64,000 bases of DNA from Asterias rubens (taxonomy: Eukaryota). Under the pieces are notes generated by a model. It did no database searches and was not told the origin of the DNA. It saw only the letters and a list, made by a program, of their open reading frames with translations. Of the stretch, positions 30,935 to 44,802 are shown piece after piece (within the stretch, counting starts at the first letter, position 1; each line of letters starts with the position of its first letter). The stretch is taken from assembly GCF_902459465.1 (NCBI RefSeq), contig NC_047064.1, forward strand, positions 22,134,001-22,198,000, written 5' to 3'. A program made the translations under genes and the position numbers.

Positions 30935-33900
30935 ATGGGGACATTCATTTCAAAGTTATGGGTGAGTATTTTCTGTTGATATTGAATATTTTCCGCTTCC
31001 ACATTCCATGATGACAATTAATTTCCTTCCTTTGCTTTTTTGAAATCAGATTCAGTAATTAGTATTTTCCACCCTTCGCACTAATTGCGTTTTAAACATT
31101 GGTGTTAATTTTCGTATTTCTAGACCTCCTCAACTTACATTTTTATGTGATTTCAAATACGGAAGTAAATCTGGTTTTTAAAGGAACTTAAATTTCCTTC
31201 CTCCCCATCCACATGTTTTACTCCAAGTCCGACCTATTCCATCTTGTGAGCATGATGGGGGGGGGGGGGGGGGGGAGTAGGAGGGGGAGGTGATGTGTGT
31301 AAACTTGTTGTGATAAGTAGTTAAACTCCAACAGTAATTTCGAGTGTCATTTATTTAGTTTAATTCAAAATCTATTGTATTTGGTAGACCCAGCTAGGGG
31401 CCGTGTACCACTCTTTGAAAATTGTGACATCTGCAGTCGATCGTCTGTTGATGAGATGTCAAAATAAACAAAATAATAAAAAAAAAATTATTTGCACACA
31501 TTTATTTCATTGCTGCCCTACATTTAAACTTACACATTTTACAAAGTTTTATAAATATATTCAAATTATGAGTAGTTTACAGTATTACTTAGTATCTTAG
31601 TATATGAAAGTTTACAATGATTTAGATAGTTATATATTAGGAAGCAAAGGCCAGGGATCGCAGCGTCAAAGAATAGCTCCTATAGTCAGAACAGTCCTGG
31701 AACTATATGAGATGAGGTTCATTCCTCTATCATCTATTGTGCGAAACAAACCTCTTACTCACTTTTTTATTCTGAGATGATTCTTTTTTTCCTAACCAGC
31801 GGAAGCAATCCACCATGGAGCAATTAGAGTCCATCGAGAAACGGATGGATACTCTCCTCGGCCTAAAGCGACGTGACACGCAGCGAGAGAAGCAGTATAT
31901 GGGGTCCTTGCTCCTTTACTCAGTCATCCTGTACCTCATGATGGCGCTGTTCTTCTATTTCTACTACGAAGCTAAAGATTGGAAAGGTCGCGCTACCCAG
32001 ATTCTACCGTTTCTTCTCTTTCCAGTATTGTAAGTAATTGGAGTCTTATTATAGATCATCATTCGGCAAAGACTTGTGTCCGTGTCTGCCTCATCCTCAA
32101 ATTGTAATGGGGGCGCATTCCTGGAGTCGCCCCCATCACCTGGTCTCTTTCAATTGAGCCTGCTCCTCTCAGCTCTCCTACGCTTTTACCACTCCACTTT
32201 GCCACATTGTCTATCCAGCACAGCTTAGGGCGACCTCTGCTTCGAATTGTACTCTTAGGCAGACCGTCTATAACTGCGCCGGGTTTACAAGGTGCTGCAG
32301 CGCACTTGGAACCACTGCCAGAATCACAGTAGCGAACCCAATTTCTTTTATATGTGCATTACACCACACATTTTACCTACAGCTTTACTTCCCATCGATA
32401 GGACAAAGGAGGACTGGTTAACTGTCTTGCCTAAAAATACACAGGTGTCGCGACTTGGACTTGAACCCACCCTTTGCTGATCAGAAATACCAGAGCTTGA
32501 GTTTGGTTCACTTGACAGCTCAAACACGTCATGCCACAAGTGACAAAGTTAAAGTTTAAAAGTCAATTCTGGGATCAGAAAGTCAATTATTAAGGGAAGT
32601 TGTGGCTGAAACACCAGATCAGTCATGATATGTATCCTATTGTAGTCCTGAGTTTTTATTTTAACGCCTAGATTGAAGCCGCCACAAGCAGAATAGCGGT
32701 CTTCGGAAGGCATGATGTGACTCTAACCTTAAACAAAAATGTTGAATCAATGAATTTTGTTGTCCTCTCTTCTCAGGATCTATCTAATAAGGAAGATACT
32801 TCAGTGGTATTTTGTGAAGAGAATTGCCAGGAATCGTAAGTGATGTTTATTCATATGGAAGGGGGGTTGTTGAATGTGGGGGGTAGATCTACAAGGCCAC
32901 TCAAAGGTTTTACTGGACCAGAATTTTTTCAAATTTATAAGGCAAAATCAAAATAAGAAACAAATAGGTCACGGATTTAGCCGTCGCAAAATGTTTAGAT
33001 GAAAAAAAGACATGTGTAATAAATTCAAAATGACCATCTAGTAAAGTACGATAGGATACAAAAAGTTTCTTCTGTTTGTACAGCTGTAATGAACCATTGA
33101 GTTGTGTATCATAGACTTGGATTTATTTGAAGTTTACATTTTATTCTTTTCTTTTTCTCAAGAAATGGCACTGGAAGACTTGAGAGCAGAGAAGAAGAAA
33201 ATTGTAAGTGAAACTGAGGAATTTGATTGAATTTCAAGGTTGACAAATGTATCCTATTCATTCATTCATTCAGTCGATGCGGAGCATCGGATGATGGCCC
33301 TCCAAATAATTAGATAATTACCATGATTGAATAGTATTATTTTCCCTTAAGTATATATTACTATAGTTAACTGCTTTTGTTATATATTATTTTTGATACA
33401 GCTTTTACCACTTTTTTTACTTTTCTCTGCATATCCACCATATAAAGAACCACTGTCTTTGTGTTTGTTTGTCCTGTTAGTGTTTGTCCATGTCTTTCCA
33501 TGTGTAACTTTTTGTGTGCTTTAAATATCCCAGGCATTGTTCTGAAAAAAAACTACGTTTGTATTTACTCACATCCCTGGGGGACTCCACCCTACAAGCT
33601 TGCTTTTGGGAGTCCTCCACCACTTAATCTATTGTGTATCTTTACTACTCTATGTTATATCTTGTCATCTGAAATGATTGAGTGGAAATAAAACTGAACT
33701 GAACTGAACTGAAATGTGTTGGTCCTCCATTGCTGTATGCAGCTCTTCCCGACGCAGTCCAGAGTCCCGGCGCAAGGTGTCCACATAGGTGGTTTGTGGT
33801 CTGCCTCGTAAACAGTGACCTTTAAGTAGGGGCCTGTTCACTGTGACTCCATTGAAGGCTTTACTAGGATCCTTCCTTACCCAACAAAATCCACCATCCT

Positions 33901-36900
33901 ATGGTAACTAAACACCCAAACTATTTGCCGCTGTCCATGGCATCCCTGATCCCATGAGTGATTTACTTGGATCTTTCCTTACTCATCTAACAAAATCCAC
34001 CATCATGTTAACTAAACACCCAAACTATTTGCCGCTGTCCATGGCATCCTTGATCCCATGAGTGATTTACTTGGATCTTTCCTTACTCATCTAACAAAAT
34101 CCACCATCATGGTAACTAAACACCCAAACTATTTGCCGCTGTCCATGGCATCCCTGATCCCATGAGTGATTTACTTGGATCTTTCCTTACTCATCTAACA
34201 AAATCCACCATCATGGTAACTAAACACCCAAACTATTTGCCGCTGTCCATGGCATCCTTGATCCCATGAGTAATTTACTTGGATCTTTCCTTACTCATCT
34301 AACAAAATCCACCATCCTATGGTAACCAAACACCCAAATATTTTGGTCTTGGACTCTGATCACTCCTGGTGGTACATGGTGGTATAGGCCTACCTGATTT
34401 GATGAGTGATTGACTAGGATACTTCCTGAATCTAACAAAATCCAGCACATCCAAGACGTTGGCCTCTGATTACGGTGGTCTACCTGATCCTGTGTAAAGT
34501 ATAATTGGTGCAGTCCTCAGTTCAACGGAATCGAGTAAAACGTAGAGGTGGATTCTGATAGGTTGGAGTAATTGGGGGAGGGTCCTGAATCATTGTGGAC
34601 TGAATACTTCACTACAACCTCCATATGAGAGAGGAGTTCTAAGTCATCACACTTTACCGTAAATCTTTTCAATGATCTGGGCCCAATTTCATAGAGCTGC
34701 TAACCACAAAAATTTGCTAAGCATGAAATTTCTTCCATGATAAAACAGGATTACCAACAAATTTTCCACGTGATTTTCAGGATAAGCAAACAACAGGTGA
34801 ATACCAGTAACACGCAATATGCAACAAATAGAAATTTGGTTGGAAATCCTGATTTTATCAAGGAAGAAATTTCATGCTAAGCAACTTTTTGTGCTTAGCA
34901 GCTCTATGAAATTGGGCCCTGTTGTCCTAAAATACTGGAAGCTAATTTTATATAATTTTTATTTATTTATTGTCCCTGATAGCTTGAAGAGGTTAAAGAC
35001 AAGGAGAGTTACAAGAAAGCAAAGGAGATTTTAGATCGATTCGACCCGGCCTCATCTCCCCCTCCTCTCCAACAAGCGACTCCGTCCACATCCAAAGCCA
35101 TCGCCCAACCAGGTTGGTTCAGTTATATCAATCGTATAGATGATCTTCCCATCAAGTGAACTTGGCAAACTCCCACAAGGGGATATAAACATTAAACTGG
35201 CAACAGCCAATCTCTCTCATACAAACATTGGTCTAACGTCTATGATTATGAATTGCACAAATCCATAAGTTGTGATTCAGTAACTAGATGACAATACTTA
35301 TTCTAGTCATTGTGAAATCAGTGGTTAGCTTGTAGTTAGAGCCTACAACCTTGTGATTGCAAGTCCTGCAGAAGACTAATCAGTGAACCACTGAGACATT
35401 AAGAAACAATTTCATCAGTCAAATTCATAAAGTGTATAAATTAATGAAGTTTTAAAGAATTTTCAGTTATAGCAAGATTTTTTTCTTGATCTGAAACTTG
35501 ATTTATTTTCTTTGTCCCTAGTTCCTAAGCTTCGGCAGAGACCAATGACAGCAAGGGGTGTAAGAACCCCAAACACACCAATGCAGAGACCGCCAGTCAG
35601 AGGCCCCCCTAGTATGGCACCTAGACTCACTCCACAGCAGCAACTTATGATGAGTGAGTATCCAACAGCCTGTTTCCACCAAAGACCAAAATGTCATATG
35701 CTCTTTTCAAAATCATGGCTTGTGTTGGGGCTGGCTTGGGCTGTGGCTTGGGTTGTGGCTTGGGTTCAATCTTGGTAGCATCCATACAATGGTCAGAGCC
35801 TAAGCCAGAGTCAAAGCCGAAGCTGAAGCCATGGTATTCCAAAAGGACCCACATATGACACATATTGTAATTTGTTATTAATTTTCATCTGTTTGGAATT
35901 CCAATCTTATTTAAGATCAAAACCTTCGTTTCGACCTGAAAGAAATTTGAGAATTGAGCATGCACGGTTGAAAATTGCCTTTTGAGTACCCATTATTGCA
36001 TCTTAATAAAGTGGTTGTGTCTTTCTTCATGTTCTTTTGTAGGACCCCAGACCACAGCTCGCCCCATCCTGCCCAGAGAGAGAGGCACAGTGGATAAACT
36101 TGTTGATTTCTTAGTCGGTGACGGACCATCCAGTCGCTATGCACTGATTTGTAAACACTGTTATTCACACAACGGCATGGCACTGCAGGAAGAGTTTGAG
36201 TATCTAGGTAAGAAGTGAACCCTTACTTGGTCTTAGCTAGATGGGATTGTGTGGATGGAGGACCACCACCAGCTATGATCATGGTCCAATTTTGTAGAGC
36301 TACTTTGGTGTGTTGTGTCCGAGCGGTCAAGTATACTGGACTCAAGCTCTGGTGTTTTTGATCAGGGTTCAAGTCCGGGTCATGACACTTGTGTACATGT
36401 ACTTAAGTAAGACACTTAATCATGATGCTTTGTCCTTTGGATGGAACATGAAGCCGTTGGTCCTGTGTGTTGTGTAATAACCCATAATAACATAATAAGT
36501 AAAATAACCCAGTTAGACTTATTGCTAAAAAGAAGGAGTTTCTGGCAGCACCTTGTTTGCCCGAGGCCAGTAAACTCAGGCCTGGACAAGTCTTGTGTTT
36601 TTCAATGACTAAAAGTACCACACTGTGTAATTTAAACAAGAAAATTATGTTCAATGTTGGCTTGTTGAGTCTGGTAAATATCTTCCAATTATGTTTGGTA
36701 TTAAAAGCAAACTTAATTCTTAGAACAAAAACTAATGAGATATTCTCTTAGTGTTTGTTCAAATAAAAATAGTACATTTTAAACTGTGTAGAAAATCTCT
36801 CATTACAGTGTGGTCTTGTATTATGCAGGTCCAGTATATATTGTTAACTACAAGCCCTGTCATCTGGTTGATTTTTCCTTTTTATTCTTTGAATCAAGCC

Positions 36901-37804
36901 ATGTAGTGTCTCAACGATCAGTCACCATTCTAGGTGCCATTCTGAGAATCTAGTAGACCCCCAGAGCATATCATGTGTTTTAATAATGTGTAAGAAGATT
37001 TCACCGTTGAACACTGTTTTTTATTGTTCTGTTTCTTGATTGTTTCAGCCTTCAAGTGTGCTTACTGTGGAGTATTAAACCCGTCCAAGAAAGTTCGTCC
37101 AAATGCTCCTCCACTCCCAGTTGCAACACCGCCTCCCCAGAGGCAAGGCTCTCCTCAAAGGGGTAAATATTCACAGTTTTTTCCTGTAAATCAATAAGAT
37201 TCTGAAATTCTCAGCCCCAACATCTGCTTTTCTGTGCGTTGGACCTTCCATCGTCTTCTCAGGTCTGTAAGGCATATGCTTTGGCACATTTTTGAGCTCC
37301 TGGTAAACGTAGTTTATTGATGAAGAAACATTAATTTACTACTGTAAAACATTTTTTTATTTTAAAATTACCACAAAGTTTTCATTCAATGACCTTTTGA
37401 TCACAATGAATATGAAACTAAAATTAATTACTTTTTCCCCCTCCACTTCACCCCCTCCCCTCATTGTCTTCTCTATTCACTTCTCACATACCCATTAATT
37501 GCCTCATTAACAATACACAGTCTCCGAGAACCAGCTACAAGCAAGAGGCAGCAATGCCAGTGATGGCGGCAGCCAATCAGATTCCGATCTGGGCTCGTCA
37601 AATCCCAGCACGCCGACCCCTGCCCCTCTCATGAACCCAGAGGCAGAAGGATCAACCCAGGATGAAGGAGAAGCGGATCATCCTGAGGACCAAGACGACA
37701 CCCCAGGGGAGGATGACACACAAAGTGACGCACCATCTGACGGACAGAGTGGGGCACCCAGTGATACACATGGTGTGGAAGAATCCTCATTAAGTACAAG
37801 CTGA
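30935..37804 (+). CDS. LNPK: Lunapark, ER three-way junction formation factor, 9 coding exons
   Basis: Exons 30935-30961, 31800-32029, 32777-32835, 33163-33203, 34983-35112, 35522-35653, 36043-36207, 37049-37162, 37521-37804 (TGA). N-myristoylation start MGTFISKLW; two TM segments; LEEVKDKESYKKAKEILDRFDP; ARPILPRERGTVDKLVDFLVGDGP; zinc finger RYALICKHCYSHNGMALQEEFEYLAFKCAYCGVLNP. An extra small exon in 35654-36042 cannot be excluded. Confidence 0.93.
32330..32540 (-). mobile_element. tRNA-derived SINE, minus-strand copy
   Basis: Minus strand reads actcaagctctggt..tctgatcag..gggttcaagtc..gacac(c)tgtgt..ttgtcct, shared with 36308-36480 (+) and about 63860-64000 (-). Confidence 0.6.
33862..34338. 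repeat. 104-bp tandem repeat, about 4.5 copies, in LNPK intron 4
   Basis: ggatct recurs at 33969, 34073, 34177, 34281 (period 104); first unit at 33867. Confidence 0.92.
34680..34918. mobile_element. Harbinger-like MITE (family H)
   Basis: ggcccaatttcatagagctgct .. agcagctctatgaaattgggcc, with CTG on both flanks. Confidence 0.8.
35145..35395 (-). mobile_element. SINE-like dispersed repeat (same family as 8493-8972)
   Basis: Shares ggcaaactcccacaaggggatataa..ctctctcatacaaacattgg..acaaccttgtgattg. Confidence 0.6.
36308..36480 (+). mobile_element. tRNA-derived SINE
   Basis: A-box-like tgtccgagcgg and B-box-like ggttcaagtcc; body shared with 32330-32540. Confidence 0.6.
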
Positions 37805-39269
37805 TAAAACAAACTTCATAACTTATTCTTTTCTTTCGGTTATTGCATGCATTTATTTGTTTTTTTCTTCAGATTTTGATAAGTTATTATGAATGATCGT
37901 CAATATTTGATTGGCAAACTGTGGAGATGTTTTTCTTGAGTGTCCTAAACTGGATTTATCTCAAATCTGCTCACAGACGCTTGCCTCGCCTTAGTGAAGA
38001 GTTCATTAACAACATAATTGATATTCTACTATGTCTATGCACTATTTCTAAAATAAAAAACAGTAATTCTGTCTGGCAATTTCAGTGAAAATGATTCAGA
38101 TTATATACAAAGCTCAATTGCTTGCCATGCCTGTGTGTCAGACTAAACCAAAACAAATAATTAAAAAAATCTTGCAAAACGCTTAATCCATGCAGTTTCT
38201 TGATGCTTGTAATGTTTTCTAGCTTGTCTTGTAATGCTTGTCTAGTTAGAACAATTACCAAAAATGCGCAAGATTACCGTTACATCTTGTTGAGATCGAT
38301 TTTAGGAAAGTTGATCTAAATTCATGTTTACCTTCTGAAACCCTACGGTGTAATTTAGATTGCTTTTCTTCTTTTTTGACGTTTTTTTTTTCTTCAGTTG
38401 TTTTCAACTTGTGCAAAGCCATGGTGTTACATTTGAACATAATCTAAAACAAACCTGCCAAATTTCAATCATAAAAATGGTTTGACATTAAAATCTTGTT
38501 TATATATAACTCGGCTATTGGTGGCCATTATTAGAGGCCATGTGTCTTTATTGTTTAAGATACTTGAAGACATAATGATGCCAGATGTATCCATTCATTA
38601 ATTTATCGATTGATGTGAATAATTTTTCTCACATTTTTTGTAAATAGTACAAGAATTATTTGATCATCATAACAAAATATTCACGGGTTATGTTGTTGTA
38701 AAAATGTGATTGTCATGTTTTGCTGTTTGAAACTGAGTAATTATTGTATCTGTAACTTGCCAAACGAATGGAATATATTGATGTCAAATGTGGTTTGATC
38801 TGTGAACCTTCTTGGAGGAACCACAAAAACATGTTTAAAAAAACGTTGCTTTTAAAAAAGCAAGGACAAGTTTATAAAAGCGTCCTGAAAGTATTCTTAG
38901 CATTTAAAAAAGCAAGGAACGTTATTAGTGTTGGGGCATAAAATGCAGTTTCTCACAGCCCAATAGTTTCTTAAACTCCTGTTGCGCACAATTTGATTGC
39001 AGTTTTTGAATTATAACTTAAATTTGGAATTACAATTGCAGTGTTAAATAAACAAACAAATCTCTTGAAAGTGAGCTTTGGTGCTTCTTTTTTGTTTTGG
39101 ACTCCATAACATACACTCTGAAGCTAATTTGATTAATAAATTGTGGGTGCTTTTGTAAAAGTCTCACATGCTTGAAAATTAAAAACAAGTGACATGTCTG
39201 TGAAAATTGTTTGAACTAGTGGTTATTTTTGCTTTAAGATTGTTTGTTATCAAATTTGTGTCAAAAATT

Positions 39270-42080
39270 GAAAAAATCACAAGGGGTAAGTCCAGCTTTT
39301 TCATCAAATTTTGGCTGAAAAAAAAAGAATAAAATCACAAGGGAAAAGTCCAGCATTTTCATCAAATTTTTGCCTTAAAAGGTTAAAATCACAAGAGGTA
39401 AGTCCAGCATTTTCATCAAATTTTTGCCTTAAAAGGTTAAAATCACAAGAGGTAAGTCCAGCATTTTCATCAAATTTTGGCGTAGAAAGGATAAAATCAC
39501 AAGGGGTAAGTCCAGCATTTTTACCAAATATTTGCTTAAAAATGATTCACAAGGGGTAAGTCCAGCATTTTCAACAAATGTTGGTCTAGAAAGGATAAAA
39601 TCACAAGGGGTAAGTCCAGCATTTTCAACAAATGTTGGTCTAGAAAGGATAAAATCACAAGGGGTAAGTCCAGCATTTTCAACAAATGTTGGTCTAGAAA
39701 GGATAAAATCACAAGGGGGTAAGTCCAGCATTTTCATCAAATTTTTGCCTTAAAAGGTTAAAATCACAAGAGGTAAGTCCAGCATTTTCATCAAACTTTT
39801 GCCTTAAAAGGTTACAATCACAAGAGGTAAGTCCAGCATTTTCAACAAATGTTGGTCTAGAAAGGATAAAATCACAAGGGGGTAAGTCCAGCATTTTCAA
39901 CAAATGTTGGTCTAGAAAGGATAAAATCACAAGGGGTAAGTCCAGCATTTTCAACAAATGTTGGTCTAGAAAGGATAAAATCACAAGGGGTAAGTCCAGC
40001 ATTTTCAACAAATATTTGCTTAAAAATGATTCACAAGGGGTAAGTCCAGCATTTTCAACAAATGTTGGTCTAGAAAGGATAAAATCACAAGGGGTAAGTC
40101 CAGCATTTTCAACAAATGTTGGTCTAGAAAGGATAAAATCACAAGGGGTAAGTCCAGCATTTTCAACAAATGTTGGTCTAGAAAGGATAAAATCACAAGG
40201 GGGTAAGTCCAGCATTTTCATCAAATTTTTGCCTTAAAAGGTTAAAATCACAAGAGGTAAGTCCAGCATTTTCATCAAACTTTTGCCTTAAAAGGTTACA
40301 ATCACAAGAGGTAAGTCCAGTATTTCAACAAATGTTGGTCTAGAAAGGATAAAATCACAAGGGGGTAAGTCCAGCATTTTCAACAAATGTTGGTCTAGAA
40401 AGGATAAAATCACAAGGGGTAAGTCCAGCATTTTCAACAAATGTTGGTCTAGAAAGGATAAAATCACAAGGGGTAAGTCCAGCATTTTCAACAAATGTTG
40501 GTCTAGAAAGGATAAAATCACAAGGGGTAAGTCCAGCATTTTCAACAAATGTTGGTCTAGAATGGATAAAATCACAAGGGGTAAGTCCAGCATTTTCAAC
40601 AAATGTTGGTCTAGAAAGGATAAAATCACAAGGGGGTAAGTCCAGCATTTTCAACAAATGTTGGTCTAGAAAGGATAAAATCACAAGGGGTAAGTCCAGC
40701 ATTTTCAACAAATGTTGGTCTAGAAAGGATAAAATCACAAGGGGTAAGTCCAGCATTTTCAACAAATGTTGGTCTAGAAAGGATAAAATCACAAGGGGGT
40801 AAGTCCAGCATTTTCAACAAATGTTGGTCTAGAAAGGACAGAATCACAAGGGGGTAAGTCCAGCATTTTCAACAAATGTTGGTCTAGAAAGGATAAAATC
40901 ACAAGGGGGTAAGTCCAGCATTTTCAACAAATGTTGGTCTAGAAAGGATAAAATCACAAGGGGGTAAGTCCAGCATTTTCAACAAATGTTGGTCTAGAAA
41001 GGATAAAATCACAAGGGGTAAGTCCAGCATTTTTACCAAATATTTGCTTAAAAATGATTCACAAGGGGGTAAGTCCAGCATTTTCAACAAATGTTGGTCT
41101 AGAAAGGATAAAATCACAAGGGGTAAGTCCAGCATTTTCAACAAATGTTGGTATAGAAAGGATAAAATCACAAGGGGTAAGTCCAGCATTTTCAACAAAT
41201 GTTGGTCTAGAAAGGATAAAATCACAAGGGGTAAGTCCAGCATTTTCAACAAATGTTGGTCTAGAAAGGATAAAATCACAAGGGGTAAGTCCAGCATTTT
41301 CAACAAATGTTGGTCTAGAATGGATAAAATCACAAGGGGTAAGTCCAGAATTTTCAACAAATGTTGGTCTAGAAAGGATAAAATCACAAGGGGGTAAGTC
41401 CAGCATTTTCAACAAATGTTGGTCTAGAAAGGATAAAATCACAAGGGGTAAGTCCAGCATTTTCAACAAATGTTGGTCTAGAAAGGATAAAATCACAAGG
41501 GGTAAGTCCAGCATTTTCAACAAATGTTGGTCTAGAAAGGATAAAATCACAAGGGGGTAAGTCCAGCATTTTCAACAAATGTTGGTCTAGAAAGGACAAA
41601 ATCACAAGGGGTAAGTCCAGCATTTTCGACAAATGTTGGTCTAGAAAGGATAAAATCACAAGGGGGTAAGTCCAGCATTTTCAACAAATGTTGGTCTAGA
41701 AAGGATAAAATCACAAGGGGGTAAGTCCAGCATTTTCAACAAATGTTGGTCTAGAAAGGATAAAATCACAAGGGGTAAGTCCAGCATTTTCAACAAATGT
41801 TGGTCTAGAAAGGATAAAATCACAAGGGGGTAAGTCCAGCATTTTCAACAAATGTTGGTCTAGAAAGGACAAAATCACAAGGGGTAAGTCCAGCATTTTC
41901 AACAAATGTTGGTCTAGAAAGGATAAAATCACAAGGGGGTAAGTCCAGCATTTTCAACAAATGTTGGTCTAGAAAGGATAAAATCACAAGGGGGTAAGTC
42001 CATGCAGCACAATTTTCATATTAATTTTGAGGCCACAATGAACAATGTCACAAGGGGTAAGTCCAGCATTTTCATCAATT
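39270..42080. repeat. 54/55-bp minisatellite, about 50 copies, with higher-order structure, between LNPK and HIBADH
   Basis: Unit aaatcacaagggg(g)taagtccagcattttcaacaaatgttggtctagaaaggata (period 54 at 39601/39655); variant units recur; degenerate flanking units. Confidence 0.96.
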
Positions 42081-43936
42081 TTTGGTATAAAAATCACAAG
42101 GGTCCTACTTCCTTGCATTATTTTGACTTTATACCAGTAGCATTTTAACTTACAAGTTTAAGTTTAACTGCTACAAAATAACACGCATGAATGACTGCCA
42201 TTGTAGCTCTTGATGGTCATGACGATATTATTTACAATACCAATGGTTGTCATGACAACATTGACCACATCATTGGATGCTGGTAATCTGTCAATAAAAA
42301 AGGATTTCATTACCATGACAATATAATTGAATCTTTTGCTCATTTCCGGTTTAATCAAATGAACTTGTAAAATACACAAAGCATGAGACAAAAATAATTC
42401 CCATCATCCAGACCCACTCTTCATGGCTCTGCTTACTAAAAAATTATGTGCCTACAGTCAACCAATATCTGCTTCCAAGATTTGCATCAAATTTCAGCAA
42501 TAGCTTCTAAAATTGAGAATGCATTGCAGATCTGCCAACTCTCAATGATCCTGCAGGAATTTCCCTGAAAATAAACAAATCTTTCTATGTTCTGATGAAC
42601 AAATTCTTAAATCTCTCTGGTTAGGAGAATTTATGTCCTATCTGGTTGATTTACGAATTCTCCCTCATTGCAAGATACATATTTTGGCATCTTTGGGATT
42701 GCAACGCAAGCTAAAAACCAACAGTTCTCTTGTGTGAATTGGTCTGCCATTGTATGTGCTAATCTTCTTGTTTACAGAGCCATGAAACTGGGCAATTATA
42801 TTTTCAACTAAATTTACGAACACTTAAGATTGTTCAATACCATAATTATAAAATCAATAAAGTCAATCAAGGCAACTTGTAATTGTCAAACTGTCTGACT
42901 TAAAATTGATGAAAACACTTCATTATTATTATTTTGCATAAAAATATGGAGAGATTTTGCATATGTATCTACAAGATTTCATACGGTTACAGCTGAAAAT
43001 AAAAAAAATTCGACTTGAATAAAAAGTACAAATTCAACCTACGAGGCTTGCCAAGAAGCGGGTATCATAGGGGTGGGAATTTACACCAATAAATGAAAAG
43101 ATGTTAAGTTTGGCCTGAACCGTACCTTGAATGCATTAACATAGCATTAAAAAATACATAATAGAGGTAGCCAAGTCCTAAATAAAATAATTCCCACAAG
43201 TTTGAAAGTGGAATTGAACCCCAACCTTCATCCTGCATGAAAAATAAACAAACAAAAAACAGTCTATACTACCTTTAAAATACCAAAGATTAGTTGTTAA
43301 AGATTAAAAGTAATTTTGTTAAACCCTGTTTTATTTTCACCCATTTTGCCATGTAAGTGTAACAAAATAGTAACTCAGTTTTGGAGAAAGATCAGGGCCT
43401 AATATTCCTAGCTACTCTAACCTAGTTTTGGTTTTCAATACCCCCTCCAATAATCTATTACTAAAACCATTAATTGACCCTGACCAAAAGCAAAGGCACC
43501 AACAAAACTGCAACTATCATCAGTTCAGGTACGTTTTCTACAAAACATTCACGTTTATATTGTGTAGCACTTCAAATTTGGCACACCTCAACTGACACAT
43601 GACTTTGACAATTGTCTTGGAGGTGGAGGTGAATGATATTAGAATACCATTCCTTGAAAGTTTGGGACCATCATATCACGGCTTTCAATACCTGAGAGAG
43701 GAAGGTATAGTTCGTCATCGACCCACACAAAAGAGCCACAAAGCCTGGACTTGTAGGAAACATAAAATCTAACATTTTATTGAGATTGCAGCGTGCATTT
43801 TTTTCATCCAAACCTGATTTTAACAAAATGGCACATCTTGTTCAGCTGCTGTTTACAAAAATTGAGTTTAGGTTGACATTACTATACATGATGTAAAATT
43901 TACCATAAACTTGTTAGTATCTTGCCTGCCTGGAAA

Positions 43937-44049
43937 TGCCAAGGAATGCCCAAGGAATGCCCAAGGAATGCCCAAGGAATGCCCAAAGAATGCCCAAGGA
44001 ATGCCCAAGGAATGCCCAAGGAATGCCCAAGGAATGCCCAAGGAATGCC
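43937..44049. repeat. 11-bp tandem repeat, about 10 copies
   Basis: (gcccaaggaat)n. Confidence 0.93.
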
Positions 44050-44802
44050 CACGGTCTCTCTTGGTTTTAAACAGGGTGGTATGACCAGTGCACAGTGTTG
44101 AGGTGAAGTGTTAAAGACAAACAGGTTTGATGAAGCCTGACTCATGTTTTTCACGAATTACAAATATCCTTGCCCTGCAATGAAAAACCTTGGCAAAACT
44201 TGCTTTGTATTTACTTTTATGTGAAGTATAAACAAAACGAACAATGCTTCCTTTGAAGTTAAAAGTCGGGTCATAGATTGGTTTGTGTCAACCCAAAGCT
44301 GAATTATAGACAGAATTATTAACACAGATACAATAAAAGTCACCTGTGAAAGTTTCAGTTGAATACAGTGTCTACTTGCTGAGAATGAGCAATCAGCAAA
44401 AATAATTGCAACGGTATTTACACCAAGAGCGTTGAATCTTCCACAACTAGCAAGGTTGACAGTGAGTACGAACCACATCTCTGGCTGCTGCATTCATGAA
44501 CGTACATCACAGAAATGTCTACGATCAGTCAACCTTTAGAATTCTGAGAAACAAACCGCATGGTTCATTTCTCAGAACCATGCATCTCAGATTCATATGT
44601 TTTGGGAGGAAAAATATCCAAACCATAAATAATATATCGAAAGAAAAATCTTTCTCAAAATAGTTGATACTATCAACACACCTGCAGTGCTTCTTACAAG
44701 TAAGTTTTTATCAAATTAATTTTTGGATTATTTACCAATCTACGACCCAACCTTTCCAAGCTGCCATCTCGTCGAGTTGAGATGATTTCTTGGAGCAAGC
44801 AA

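Noticed and set aside
35654-35870. Extra LNPK exon or antisense peptide (PKPQPKPQPKP)
   Set aside because: The flanking exons already join in phase (R-PQTTARP). The region is a short degenerate ggcttggg repeat with a loose inverted counterpart and no convincing splice sites.
39270-42080. CRISPR array or repeat-protein gene
   Set aside because: Head-to-tail repeats with no unique spacers, eukaryotic context, no cas genes; ORFs shift frame with the 4G/5G variation.
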